In this document: positions 22,396 to 33,370 of the stretch, in pieces
How the letters are laid out: the number at the start of each line of letters is the position of its first letter
Numbering within the stretch: the stretch's first letter is position 1
Assembly (NCBI GenBank): GCA_965237525.1
Contig: CBDEFO010000008.1
Span: 96,001 to 160,000, forward strand
Length of the DNA stretch: 64,000 nucleotides
Origin: Candidatus Latescibacterota bacterium
GTDB lineage: Bacteria; Latescibacterota; CBDEFO01
Reading direction: 5' to 3'
Made by a program: the position numbers and the translations under genes
Notes under the pieces: model-generated
Database searches by the model: none
The model's input: only the letters and a program-made list of their open reading frames with translations
What the model was told of the DNA's origin: nothing

Positions 22396-23931
22396 ATGCA
22401 CAGACCCACTGCAGACATATCCGAAAAGGGCGTATCCCTTACCTTTCTGGCTACCACGTTGATGATTATCGCTGTCTGCGGGATAACTTACGAACTTATC
22501 ATCGGTACTGCTTCATCCTATCTTCTGGGCAACAGCGTCCTGCAGTTTTCCATAACTATCGGCCTTTTTATGACATCTTTTGGGATCGGCTCTTTTTTAT
22601 CCACAAAGATCAGGACGAAGCTTTTGGAAAAGTTTGTCTCTATTGAGATCGCTATCGGAGCAATTGGGGGAATATCCGTCATCGCCCTGTTTTCCACTTA
22701 CGCTTACACCAGCGTCTATAGACCAGTCATGTACCTGTTCATCCTCTCTATCGGCACCATGATTGGACTTGAGATTCCGCTCCTCATAAGGCTAGCAGAC
22801 GAGTATAACTCTAACCTGAGGGTAACGTTGGGAAATATGCTCGGATTTGACTACATCGGCGCCTTGTTGGGTTCGGTCGCTTTTCCCCTTATTCTGCTTC
22901 CCCATTTAGGACTCATTAAGACGTCAATCCTAATCGGCATCGCCAACGTGGGGGTCGCTCTTGCCTGTGCGTTCAAATACAAAAGGCAGATGTCAAAGGT
23001 GCGCCTTTTAAGCCTCTTGTGCGTGTTGTCCACTATTCTGCTTACAGCCGCTTACCTCTGGTCAGAGCCAGTAGAGAACTACATAGAACAGCGGCTCTAT
23101 AGATACCCTATTATCTTAAGGAAGCAGAGTCCGTATCAAAGGATCGTTTTGACGAAGGCCAAAAAGGACGTGCGGCTCTTTCTGGACGGAAATATACAGT
23201 TCTCCTCCACAGACGAATATCGGTATCACGAAGCTTTAGTCCATCCGGGAATGTCTCTTTCTCTATCCAGAAAGAACATTCTCATACTCGGCGGCGGAGA
23301 CGGTCTGGCGCTAAGGGAGATCCTAAAATATCCAGATGTGGAGAGCGTGACGCTCGTGGACATAGACAAGGACGTAGTGGAAATCTGCCGGACGCATCGG
23401 CTGATTTCGGACCTAAATGAGGGAGTCCTGGAAGATCGTAGAGTCCGCATAGTCCAGCAGGATGCATATCAGTTCTTGAGGACTACTCCAGACCTCTATG
23501 GCTTCATCGCCGTAGACCTACCTGACCCGAACAACGAGTCTGTCAACAAGCTTTACAGCAGGCACTTTTACTTCATGCTCAGAGAGCACATAGAAGAAGG
23601 AGGCTTCGCCTCGCTCCAGAGCACGTCCCCTTTCTTTGCAAGAGAGGCCTTCTGGTGTATAAACAAGACGATAGAATCTTGTGGATTGATCGTTCGCCCT
23701 TACCACTTGAACGTGCCGTCTTTCGGAGACTGGGGATTCAACCTTGCCTCCAGGACGGACTTTAATATAGACGATATACGAATCACTGTACCTACCAAAT
23801 TTCTGAATACGGAAACGGTCTTTTCCATGTTCGGATTCGGCAAGGATATAGACTCCGTGGAGACAGAGCTTAACACTCTCATCAAGCCTGCGCTTTTGTC
23901 GTATTACGAGAAGGCATGGAGACACTGGTAG
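22396..23931 (+). CDS. Membrane-fused polyamine aminopropyltransferase (spermidine synthase-like)
   Basis: N-terminal multi-TM block (YEL, GLEIPLL, DYIGAL); SPYQRI, YHEALVHP, LGGGDG, VDLPDP, VPSFGDWGF. Confidence 0.9.
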   Translation: MHRPTADISEKGVSLTFLATTLMIIAVCGITYELIIGTASSYLLGNSVLQFSITIGLFMTSFGIGSFLSTKIRTKLLEKFVSIEIAIGAIGGISVIALFSTYAYTSVYRPVMYLFILSIGTMIGLEIPLLIRLADEYNSNLRVTLGNMLGFDYIGALLGSVAFPLILLPHLGLIKTSILIGIANVGVALACAFKYKRQMSKVRLLSLLCVLSTILLTAAYLWSEPVENYIEQRLYRYPIILRKQSPYQRIVLTKAKKDVRLFLDGNIQFSSTDEYRYHEALVHPGMSLSLSRKNILILGGGDGLALREILKYPDVESVTLVDIDKDVVEICRTHRLISDLNEGVLEDRRVRIVQQDAYQFLRTTPDLYGFIAVDLPDPNNESVNKLYSRHFYFMLREHIEEGGFASLQSTSPFFAREAFWCINKTIESCGLIVRPYHLNVPSFGDWGFNLASRTDFNIDDIRITVPTKFLNTETVFSMFGFGKDIDSVETELNTLIKPALLSYYEKAWRHW

Positions 23932-24243
23932 CTCACCCTCTTACCTATTCTTTCTTCACGGTCAGCACTGTCAATGCGGCGACGCCAAGCAACCCTCCCG
24001 ATAGAATCAATCGGGGCTTTCTGTCACCGAAGAAACCATATATGTGACCGCTTCGGTACGAACCCCCGATAGAATCATTCGGGGGCAGGCCCCCATGGAA
24101 TGATTAAGACAGATTATGTGAGAAAGTTTCTCAGACACCTGGAAAACGCTTCGCACATCTGGCTCAGTGCAGGGAGTGAAGGCTCTGCGACCAGCTATGC
24201 CAAAACTTTTTCACAGAACGTTAAGGGAATATTCAAGAAGTTT

Positions 24244-26980
24244 CTATAGCGACTCACCCCGGCTGATTACTGTCACAAAGGCTCGCGGATTGATGTCCCC
24301 TCGAACGTCACAGGTGAACCTCACCAGGTTCTCTCCGGCTTCGACGACAGGCGCGACCCCTTCTGGAACTACCTCACGGATCAGTTCACCCTGGGGACCG
24401 TAAAGCTTGCAGTCTGGAATCGAATGGAACTCCAGGTAGCATCCGCTCTCAATATCTGTGGGGAAGAGAATCCTTCTGTCGCCCACAGTGACTGCGGGAT
24501 TGCTGAGTGTGGCATTGACCAGCGGCAGGGCCTTGATGGGACTTAGGTAGCAAGTTGCCGCATCGTTCGGAGGCAGGTTGTTATACCACAGGCAAAGGGC
24601 TGCCACCTGGTCGTATTGCACGCGTTCGCGGTAGATAGCATAGGCGTCGCCATATGGCCACGCGTAATCGGCGTAGCGGCCTCCCTCGGTCTCGATCAGC
24701 TCAAAATAGCGCCACCCTGTGAAGTCGACGATAACGTAGTGCTCGCCGATGCCCGCAACTACATGTTCGGGGCTTCTTATCTGGAAGTTCAGGACTTCTC
24801 CTTTGCCGTCGCCATACACCCAGACTCCGAGGCCCTCAAGCTCGCTGAGGTCAATCGGGGGCGAGAACCTCTTGCCGACCTTCGTCCACGCGCCCTTCCG
24901 GCTTGACCGACTGCTCGACGCCGTCAGGAAACCGCTGCTCGTTCCGGCTTGCACAATGTCCTTCGACATCCGCAGGTCTACCTGAATATCAGACTCGGCT
25001 TCCCGATCGTCGAAATCCGCGACATCCTCGAAATCGGCCAGCGTCACATTTCCCGCTGCATCGTAGGGGCCGGCGGCCATCAACGCTTCGATGCGCAGAC
25101 CAACGGGCTGACGTTCGAATCTATTATAGGTCTTCCAAGCGTTGCTCCACATGTCCATACACTCCACTTTGTGCTTGGCGTACTGAACGCGCTGGAACTG
25201 GTATTCTCCGCGTGGACTCCGGATCAGCGTAAACTCCTCACCCCGTGCCCTCAGTTTGGCCTTAACTGATTCTGGAAAATAGTTCGAGAGGCGCAGTGTT
25301 TCATAATCTTTTATGATGTTGGCCAGCCTGGATAACGCCGGAATCTCATGGGCATTGTCGGGATCTATGCCCATCAAAGATAAGCTGGCGTCAGTCCCGA
25401 GACACTTGCAGCACAAATACTCGATGTCATCCGGGAATGTCGGCTCGCCCTGAGCCCCGGACCAGGTCTTAACGGCCCACCACCCCAGGTTCACCGGCAG
25501 GTACATACGCTGGTAGCTCTCGTTCGTCTTGCAGTGGATATCTATAAACTTCTTGTGACTGCGCCTCGGATGATCCCAGGCCCCCATGCGGGAGCGGACG
25601 AACCAGAGGTGATGGTGGAACGTGCTCATCTCCACAAGCGCCGGCTTCTTCAGTCGCTTCCACAGCTCAAAGACGAACTTCGAACCGTAGTGCCAGCCGT
25701 TTTCCTCGCCTCCCAAGACGTCCTCGCCGTCCAGAGCATCCAGGTATAACATGTCGAAGCCGCATTCGTTGAAGGCTTCCGCAGTCTTGGCCGCCACTTC
25801 CGCAAGGAGCGTGGAATCAGCATCGGACACGAACAGCCCGTAGCACTCCTTGAGATGGTGTACCTCATCCCTTTGACGTGGGGTTCGACGCGAGTCCGTA
25901 GGCGCCTCTTTGGCAGCCGGTGAAAGCGTACGGCGGATCCCTGGTGACACCGGTATACGTAATGAGCTCGTTATCGACCTGCAGCGTTACGCTGTTGCGC
26001 ACGACAAAGCCCGTGATTGTGGACGTATCCACTGTTGACTCGACTACAGGCACCGCGACATCCTTTGGCGTCAACGGCTCGGCCAGAGTGAATGTCGCAT
26101 CCATCCCCAGACGCGGGTCAGGAACAGGGGTCACCCATGGGCAACTCTTGTCGATCAAGAATGAATAGGTGTGCAGGCCCGCTGCGATGTCCGCGGCGTG
26201 GAGCCTGTCAATCACGGCCTTCAGGCTGACCAACCCTTGCGGGTACATCTCTGGATCGGGCAGGCAGTCTCCAAATCGGAAGGAGCGTCCTCCGTGGAAA
26301 TCAAGCTGTTTGAACCCCAGGCTCTGGACCAAGCCGATCCAGTCGTCTACTGTCTCCTCGGTAACGTCGCCAAGATTGAAAAGATACGAGCCTTTGTTTA
26401 TAGGAGCATCTAACGCCCACGGCCCGCCGATGGCCGAGTGAGGCAGCTCTTCAGCGGCACTTACCGCCTCCTGCAACACCCTGCGAAGTTCGCTCTGCGG
26501 ACAACCGATCAGGGCCACCTTGGCACCGGGAAATGCGAATCTTGGATAGCACGCTGCTCGGAGATGGCTGTTCGGTCCCGGCAATTCAGGGACTTTCGTC
26601 TGGATATTCAGGGCAAGTGCACAGGCGGCGAAGGATTCTTCCGACACTCCTCCAAGCGTGAGTCGGATGTCGGCGAACACCAGCTCCTCCACATGCTCGT
26701 CTCCCACGGACACAACTTCCAGGATGAAGTAGCGGTCATGGGCGACAACTCTTATGACACCGGTCACCCCTGATTCTCCAAACTGCACTTCTATTTGCCC
26801 ATCGGTGTAGGAGACCGATGAAGCATCGTAGTACCCGCCTGTTTTCTTCACGCGGGCAAACGAGGATCTGGGGTTCTGGACGCAATAGTCTATCCCCGTT
26901 GACTTGTCCACAAAATGGAGATTCCTGCCATCGCTCTGAATGACGTACTTGGCGTAACTATTTTCAATGTCAATGGTCAT
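24244..26980 (-). pseudogene. Large putative glycoside-hydrolase-like protein split by a frameshift near 25870-25900
   Basis: ORFs 25865-26980 and 24244-25950 join as GCQRGAYG-TRVEPHVK-DEVHHLKECYG if two G are restored; FDMLYLDALDG motif. Function is inferred. Confidence 0.6.
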
Positions 26981-27621
26981 TGGGGCCTCCTATGCAGATG
27001 AGTTCAACATGCTTTCTAATGAACAGTGTTCTATGATCAACTGTGCGGCGGGAATAAGAAGTGAAAAAGAGGCCTGCCCTCCCCGATAGAAGCAAACGGG
27101 GATCATTCTTTCGGGGGTCTGTAGGATGGGTCAAGGGAATAATCGGCTCGCCGAAGCTATATCCAGCGCGCACGATCAGAGGGCTGTCAAAACCTGTGTC
27201 AGTCGTAGTCAGCCAAGGAATCGGTTGCCTTTCAAAATCAATCCTCGATAGATTCAATCGGAGATCAATGTCCATATCCGCGTCTGCAGCAGGAGGTGCC
27301 AGCCGCATAACTGCATCCGCGCCAGCTTCCCAAGCGGCCTGGAACGCAGCACACTTTGAGGCGTGGAGATACGCCAACAGCCAAAGACAAAGGGCGCTCT
27401 GCCGTTAGTAGCTTCGACCACAGGTTCCAGATTCCTGATGCGCGCTGATACTCCTAAAGAATAGAGTTCACCTGTAGGTAACATTTGTGTCCACATAACG
27501 ATGATAGTGCCAGATAATATGGCAACAGATCTCTCCCTGCAACGCCTTACGGCGCGGCCCGGCCACTTTCTTCGCACTTCGTCCCTCTGTTAGAAACGCT
27601 GCGGCAACGCGCACAGTGCCC

Positions 27622-28425
27622 TCACCAGGCAGTCCACCCTCCATCGACCAAAAGATTCTGGCCCGTGATATAGCTTCCGGCATCACTGGCCATCAACAGT
27701 AGAGCGCCTTTCAGTTCCTCCGGTTGTCCGATACGTCCCAGTGGCACCTTCTCTTCCAGCCGAGGGACGAAACCAGGGAACTTTGCACACGTTTCCGGCT
27801 TTGGAAACGGACCTGGGCTGATGGCGTTGACACGGATATTATACTTTGCCCAGTAAGCCGCCAGATGACGGGTCAAATGGATCAGACCGCCCTTGAGGGC
27901 ATGGTAACTGGCTGGACTGTTGACTGATAATCCTTCATAGGCGGTGGGATAACTTGCCACGACGCCGTACATACTTGCGATATTGATAATTGAACCTGAG
28001 GCCTGCCGTTTTCGCAGATGGAACATCACTTCTCGCGCCAGCAGGAAATAGGCGGTGACACCTATATGATACGTCTGATCAAAATCCTCAGCTGTGGCGG
28101 TATCAATGTCCGGTGCTCTGCCACCGTAGGCGTTGTTGACCAGCACATCGAGCTGGCCCATTCGTTGCACCACCTCGCCTGCGAAATCAGGGATAGTATC
28201 GGTATCGCCTTGACTGAAACCCAAGCCGAGGTGGCCGCTGCCGGGTAGGGTGGCTGCAAACTGAACCGCCTGTTCCGCGTCGCGGCTGCTGACCACTACC
28301 CGGGCGCCAGCCTCGGCCAGGGCTCGGCTCATGGCCGACCCCAGCCATCCACATGCCCCTGTCACTATGGCAACTTTGCCTTGCAAGCTAAAGAGATCCA
28401 GGATATTGCGTTCAGTGCTGTTCAT
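27622..28425 (-). CDS. SDR-family oxidoreductase
   Basis: TGACGWLG, VNNA, YHALK, ITGQNLLVDGG. Confidence 0.9.
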   Translation of the reverse strand: MNSTERNILDLFSLQGKVAIVTGACGWLGSAMSRALAEAGARVVVSSRDAEQAVQFAATLPGSGHLGLGFSQGDTDTIPDFAGEVVQRMGQLDVLVNNAYGGRAPDIDTATAEDFDQTYHIGVTAYFLLAREVMFHLRKRQASGSIINIASMYGVVASYPTAYEGLSVNSPASYHALKGGLIHLTRHLAAYWAKYNIRVNAISPGPFPKPETCAKFPGFVPRLEEKVPLGRIGQPEELKGALLLMASDAGSYITGQNLLVDGGWTAW

Positions 28426-28581
28426 GATACTCCTCCATCCGTTGGAGAGTGTTCTGCGGCATCTTTCCCCTGATTTAATCGGGGCGAAGGATGTCCTCAA
28501 TTCCCGATAGATTCAGTCGGGGACAAGGACCACGCCGTTCATCCCTGTAGTATGCCTACTGTTTGCTCTCCACTTATTTAG

Positions 28582-29919
28582 CTATCGGACAAGCCGGCGA
28601 AACGGTTCCTTCTTGGTATCACCAGCTAACAGACCCTCAACATCCCCAGTTTCCAGTCCGGACTTGATCACAGTTAAGGCTTCGGTCGCCGCCTCAGCCG
28701 TCAGGCGGATATCTTCTTCAGTGTGGGCCAGGGTCGGCTTGAACCCCATAGAGAGGTGAACGCCCCTCTTGGCCATTTCCTGGATGAATAGCGTTGAAAC
28801 CTTGGGGTGCAGAGCTTTGTCAGGAAGATCCAGAGTGATGGCCAGGTCCGTGTGGAAGCCCGTACAGGCTCCGGAGAGGCCGGCGTCGGCGATAGCCTGG
28901 TTTATGCTCGCGCGCAATTTCTCGCCGATTTCTAAGAAGCGAGCCTCAGAGTCGCGCCGCTTCAGTTCTCGAATGGTGGTAAGGGCGGCAATTAGGCCGA
29001 TGTTGTCGCTCCAATAGGAGCTTGAGACAAACATGCGCTTGGCCGGCTCCATCACCGCCCGTGAGCCAACCACAGCGCCCATCGCGTAGCCGTTAGACAT
29101 GGCCTTGGCGACAACCGTCATATCCGGGATAACACCAACGTAAGCTTGCACACCTCCGATCGAGAGCCGCCAGCCACAGGAGACCTCGTCAAAAATCAGA
29201 ATCACGTCATGCGCTCTGGCAAGTTCTTTGACCCCTTCCAGATACCCCGGCTCCGGCAGCTCGGAGCGGGCCGGTTCCATCATAATCGAAGCTACTTCAC
29301 CGCGATGCTCTTCCAACAGATGCTCCAGCATAGCCAGGTCCCCATAGCTAAAGGGAATGGCGGTGCCGGCCAGCACCTTCGGCACACCGATTGGCTCAAT
29401 CCCCGCAAATGGAAATTCGCCGGTTTCGGGATCTACCAAGTAGTTTGCCGCTTGATACCAGTCGTGCCACCCGTGGTAGCCGCAGAATAAGATCTTGTCT
29501 CTGCCCGTTGTCCCCCGGGCAATGCGAGCAGCCACTGCACAGGCTTCGCCACCTCCTTTGGTGTACCGGACCATCTCGGTACTGGGGATGGTATCGATCA
29601 GTTCCTCGGCCAGTTCAATCTCCAGGGGACTATTTAAGGTGTAAATACTACCGCAGGCTATCTGCTCCTTGACTGCCTGATCTACCACATCATCGGCGTG
29701 GCCAAGGATGATCGCTCCGACTGCGTTGACCCAATCGATGTATTCATTTCCATCTACATCGATAAAACGGGAACCTTTGGCCTGTTTAGCATAGATGGGG
29801 CTGATGCCGTCAGCAAACCGACTGGCCCTGCGGCTGATAAGTTGAGTCCAGCCGGGGATAAGTTCGCCTGCACGTTTGTAGATTTCCAGGGAACGGGTAA
29901 CGCTGGGGTACTCGGACAT
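28582..29919 (-). CDS. Class III PLP aminotransferase (GSA-aminomutase-like)
   Basis: DVDGNEYID, GYHGWHD, LIFDEV, AKAMSNG. Confidence 0.9.
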   Translation of the reverse strand: MSEYPSVTRSLEIYKRAGELIPGWTQLISRRASRFADGISPIYAKQAKGSRFIDVDGNEYIDWVNAVGAIILGHADDVVDQAVKEQIACGSIYTLNSPLEIELAEELIDTIPSTEMVRYTKGGGEACAVAARIARGTTGRDKILFCGYHGWHDWYQAANYLVDPETGEFPFAGIEPIGVPKVLAGTAIPFSYGDLAMLEHLLEEHRGEVASIMMEPARSELPEPGYLEGVKELARAHDVILIFDEVSCGWRLSIGGVQAYVGVIPDMTVVAKAMSNGYAMGAVVGSRAVMEPAKRMFVSSSYWSDNIGLIAALTTIRELKRRDSEARFLEIGEKLRASINQAIADAGLSGACTGFHTDLAITLDLPDKALHPKVSTLFIQEMAKRGVHLSMGFKPTLAHTEEDIRLTAEAATEALTVIKSGLETGDVEGLLAGDTKKEPFRRLVR

Positions 29920-30068
29920 GAATTACTCCTCCTAATTCTTCTGTTTGTGCCACAATCTGGGCAAAACATTCCACTATTTAGTTCTCTTCCCACGGCCCAA
30001 ATTTGACCAAAAAGATAGTTGATATGTGGATGAAGTCTCGGATATTATTTGGTGATAGTCTCAACGAT

Positions 30069-30468
30069 CTACAGATTCAGCGGTGAGGTGCAGATCAGTA
30101 TCTCCATTGTCTCGTCACCTGTGTTTTCCACCCCATGTTCACACCAGGGTGGTAGGTGTATGAACATACCCTCCCGGACCTCTACTCTCTTGCCCGCCAG
30201 AGTCACTGTACCACGCCCGTACAGAATGACGTAGCGCTCCTCTTTGTGGTGGCTGTCAAATTCCAGCACAGCGCGGGGGCACGTAGAACATCGCCAGTCA
30301 CATATAATGCGTCGGCGCCTCGGCGTTGACAGGAAGGAGAACCCGCACTCCAATACCATCACAGCCGGGATACTTTACCGGCACACCGTCCTGCACGGTG
30401 ACAATAATGGGCTGCACCGGCTCGTCGGGCCTCGGAATACCAGGTTCGCCCTCGTATCCCTTAAACAT
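30069..30468 (-). pseudogene. Cupin-domain pseudogene
   Basis: ATG 30468 frame reaches TGA after PTHYM, then a frameshift into SHHKEERYVILYGRG and PPWCEHGVEN. Confidence 0.65.
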
Positions 30469-30639
30469 GGTTATTTTTGCAACCTTTCACTTCCTTGCTC
30501 CGAACGTTGTCACCAACAGCGCCTGTATCCGGTCGACCAATCGCGTTCACGACCAGGACAGCACGGTTGATATATCTGGTTGGGGCGCACTGCGTTGACG
30601 AGAATGCTCGGAGGTCCTAATTCCATCGCTATCCAAACT

Positions 30640-30708
30640 AGTGGAGAAAACAATTTTATCGGCTACCCCAGGTTGCTTAATCGGTGTCGCTTTCCAGGGG
30701 AGCACTAC
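30640..30708 (+). mobile_element. Right-end remnant of an IS3-like element
   Basis: Near-identical to 43558-43627 (GTGGAGAAAACA...CTACCCCAGGTTGCTTAA.GGTGTCGCTTTCC.GGGG..GCACTAC). Confidence 0.7.
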
Positions 30709-30856
30709 CAAGAACTACTTGGCCATCGCGATTACTCTACCAACCTAAGTATGGTCACCTTGCGCGTGGACACGTCAAGGACTTGACCACTGGAAGACCT
30801 TAGAAGGCGGAAAAATCGTATATTCGGAGTCGGAAGTTGATCCATGAATCTGCTCA

Positions 30857-33366
30857 TCAATTTATCATGATAGTAGACATTAGAAGCCTTGTGAAATAGT
30901 TATGTCCCAGGCAGCGTCTGAAGCGCCGATTATGGGTCAAAGAGTAGCATATCGTATCGTTTTGCTGTGGAATAAGCAAAATAGTCTTATCAGAGTTCTG
31001 GTCAGCAAGGAATAGGAGCTGTTTGAAGAACAGGATGCACTGTCTTTGACAGACAGGGCACACATAGACGCTTTCCCCCTTCTTATGAAAGATACAAGCC
31101 TCTTGAGATTCTGTACTGTTGCAACAAGATTCAACTGTTCATTCAGTGAGGCTGGTCCTCTATAACGGGCTCGTCCCATACCGTGTTGTTGCCTGGCTTC
31201 AGCAAAGATATGTTCACTGCGTTTACGGAGTCTCCGGGAGAGTTTGTAGTCAGCTGTTAATGAGATAGACCGTGCATGATTTCTGGCTTTCGCCTCTCGC
31301 ACTTTTCTATCCCGTTCGGCCTGAATATGTGCTGAATTTGTCTTGTTTTTCCATGTAGGAATCGGTTCAATCTTCTCATCGGCTCGCAGAGGAATATGGG
31401 GTATGATTCCCCGGTCAAGTACATCAGCGATAAAATTACCAGAACCGTAACCGGTATCGGCACTAAGTGTCTGAATGTCTTTGGGCATGGTGTATGTTTC
31501 AAGGTCATCTACCATCTTAAGGGCACTTTCGGGCTCTGCTGTCCCTGTCGCCTGCGTGCCCTGAGTCTCAAGGATTACTCTGCTTTTTGTGTCGATCAGA
31601 TCATGGCCCATAAACGAGAGAAAAGCCCCTTTGCCCTTCGATTTGCTGTATAAGCGCGCGTCGGGGTCTGTAGTCGAACGGTGTGTTTGGTTCGTCCACT
31701 TTTCACCATGAAAGTCTTTATCCTGAGGATGCCCGGACCTACCCTTTGTCTTATCACCTTCAAAACCGATTCCCTTGAGATAATCATCAAGAGAAACAGG
31801 GGGTTCTATCGGCTCAATACTTTTCACTGAAGCATCAGCTTGTATCTGAGTGCCGTCGACACTAAGGTGTTTACCGCTCACAAGACCGACATCTATGCAA
31901 CACTGGACTACCTGACGCATTATCCGTTCAAACAACCCACTGGATGCCCACTTGTGATTGCGAAGCTTGTTGATCGTGCTCCTATCCGGAACCGCATCAT
32001 CAAATGTCTGATGACAAAACAACCGATATGCCGCATGCATCCCCACTTCCTGACAGAGCCGATTCTCACTCAAATTATACAGATAGCCAATAAGGATCAT
32101 TCGAACAACTAATTCAGGATCAATACCGGGTCTGCCATTGTCAGGGCAATAACAATCTGATACAACGTCTCGTACAAATGAAAAATCAACTGCCTCATCA
32201 ATCTGACGAAGGATATGATCCTCGGGAACTAAATCCTCCATCTGAAAATAGTGAAACATCGGATTTGTCTGTTCCTGCTTTTGTGGGGTCATTGTTTCCT
32301 CCATGTATAATATTATCAATAACATAATATAATACATCGGAACTGCTTTATCAATGCTTGTTCTATACTACTTTCTGAATCTAAGGGTTTTTCACAAGGC
32401 TTTTAGTTCGTCCTTTTCTTTTCTACCGAGTAATTTCAGCATGTATGTATCCTGATGTATCCTGAAAGGGATGATCTCCACATCAGACAATCCATCTGAG
32501 CGATGGAACTGCACTCTGAGAATGAAACCGGTTTGTGTTTGTTCATACTTCTGATCGAACACACAGTTTCCCAGACTGTAGGCAATAAGACTGTTTCTCA
32601 AGCGTTCAATCCCCTGCACCTAGTGAGGGCCATGTCCCACAACGAGATTGGCACCCATCTGAATTGCAGTATGCGCAAAATTCGTCTGGGCTTCCGAAGG
32701 ATGGCTTGTATATTCCGTGCCCCAGTGAGGATATGCAATCACACAATCAGAGGTTTTTTTCGCTTCTTCGACATCCTTGAAAAAGCTTGTTAGAGAAATT
32801 ACTGTATATCCTTTTTGGCTGTCAACCATCCGCAATTCGTTATTATCTATCCAGATAGAAAACAGTGCTATAGTGAATCCTTTTGTTCTGAAAAGTGTGG
32901 GTTTTGATGATGACAGTCCCGAAGGTTTGATACCGTTGTTTTCAAGTGTCGTGATAGTTGACCGGACACCTTCTATACCGTAATCCATTGCATGATTATT
33001 CGCAATCGAACAGCAGTCAAAACCTGCAAGTTTCAATCCTGCAACAGCTTCTCCGTATGCGGGGAAACGAATGACTTCGTGGGTATAGGTTCCAGTGATA
33101 AGCGTATCGACGAACACGCATTCAAGGTTGCCGATTGAAATATCGGCAGATGCAATTTCATGATACACAGAGCGGAAGGGAAGCGCCGGATCAGCTGCTT
33201 TCTGCATAGCCCTACCGACGTGCCTGCCGAGCATAATGTCACCGACAAATGCTAATGTGATCTCTTCTTCGGCTTTCTCTGAAGAAATCGAACATGAAAG
33301 GACCATAATGTTTAGAGTGACAGCCAAAAGAATCAGTAATAATCGTGTGGGAATTAACCTTACCAT
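30857..33366 (-). pseudogene. CapA/PgsA-family metallophosphatase-fold lipoprotein with an in-frame TAG and an IS insertion
   Basis: VGDIMLGR, GNLE, ANNHAMDYG, HWGTE, GHGPH*VQG (TAG 32620-32622), YSLGN; the last codons MSTIMIN* lie beyond IS copy 2. Confidence 0.85.
30883..32403 (-). mobile_element. IS1182-like insertion sequence, copy 2 (intact transposase 30937-32337)
   Basis: 1521 bp, same IR, flanked by TA; inserted near the 3' end of the capA-like gene. Confidence 0.95.
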
Positions 33367-33370
33367 AGCG

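Noticed and set aside
26970..27620. ORFs 26970-27377 and neighbours as real genes
   Set aside because: No recognisable motifs; the region holds two palindrome copies and looks like decayed intergenic DNA.
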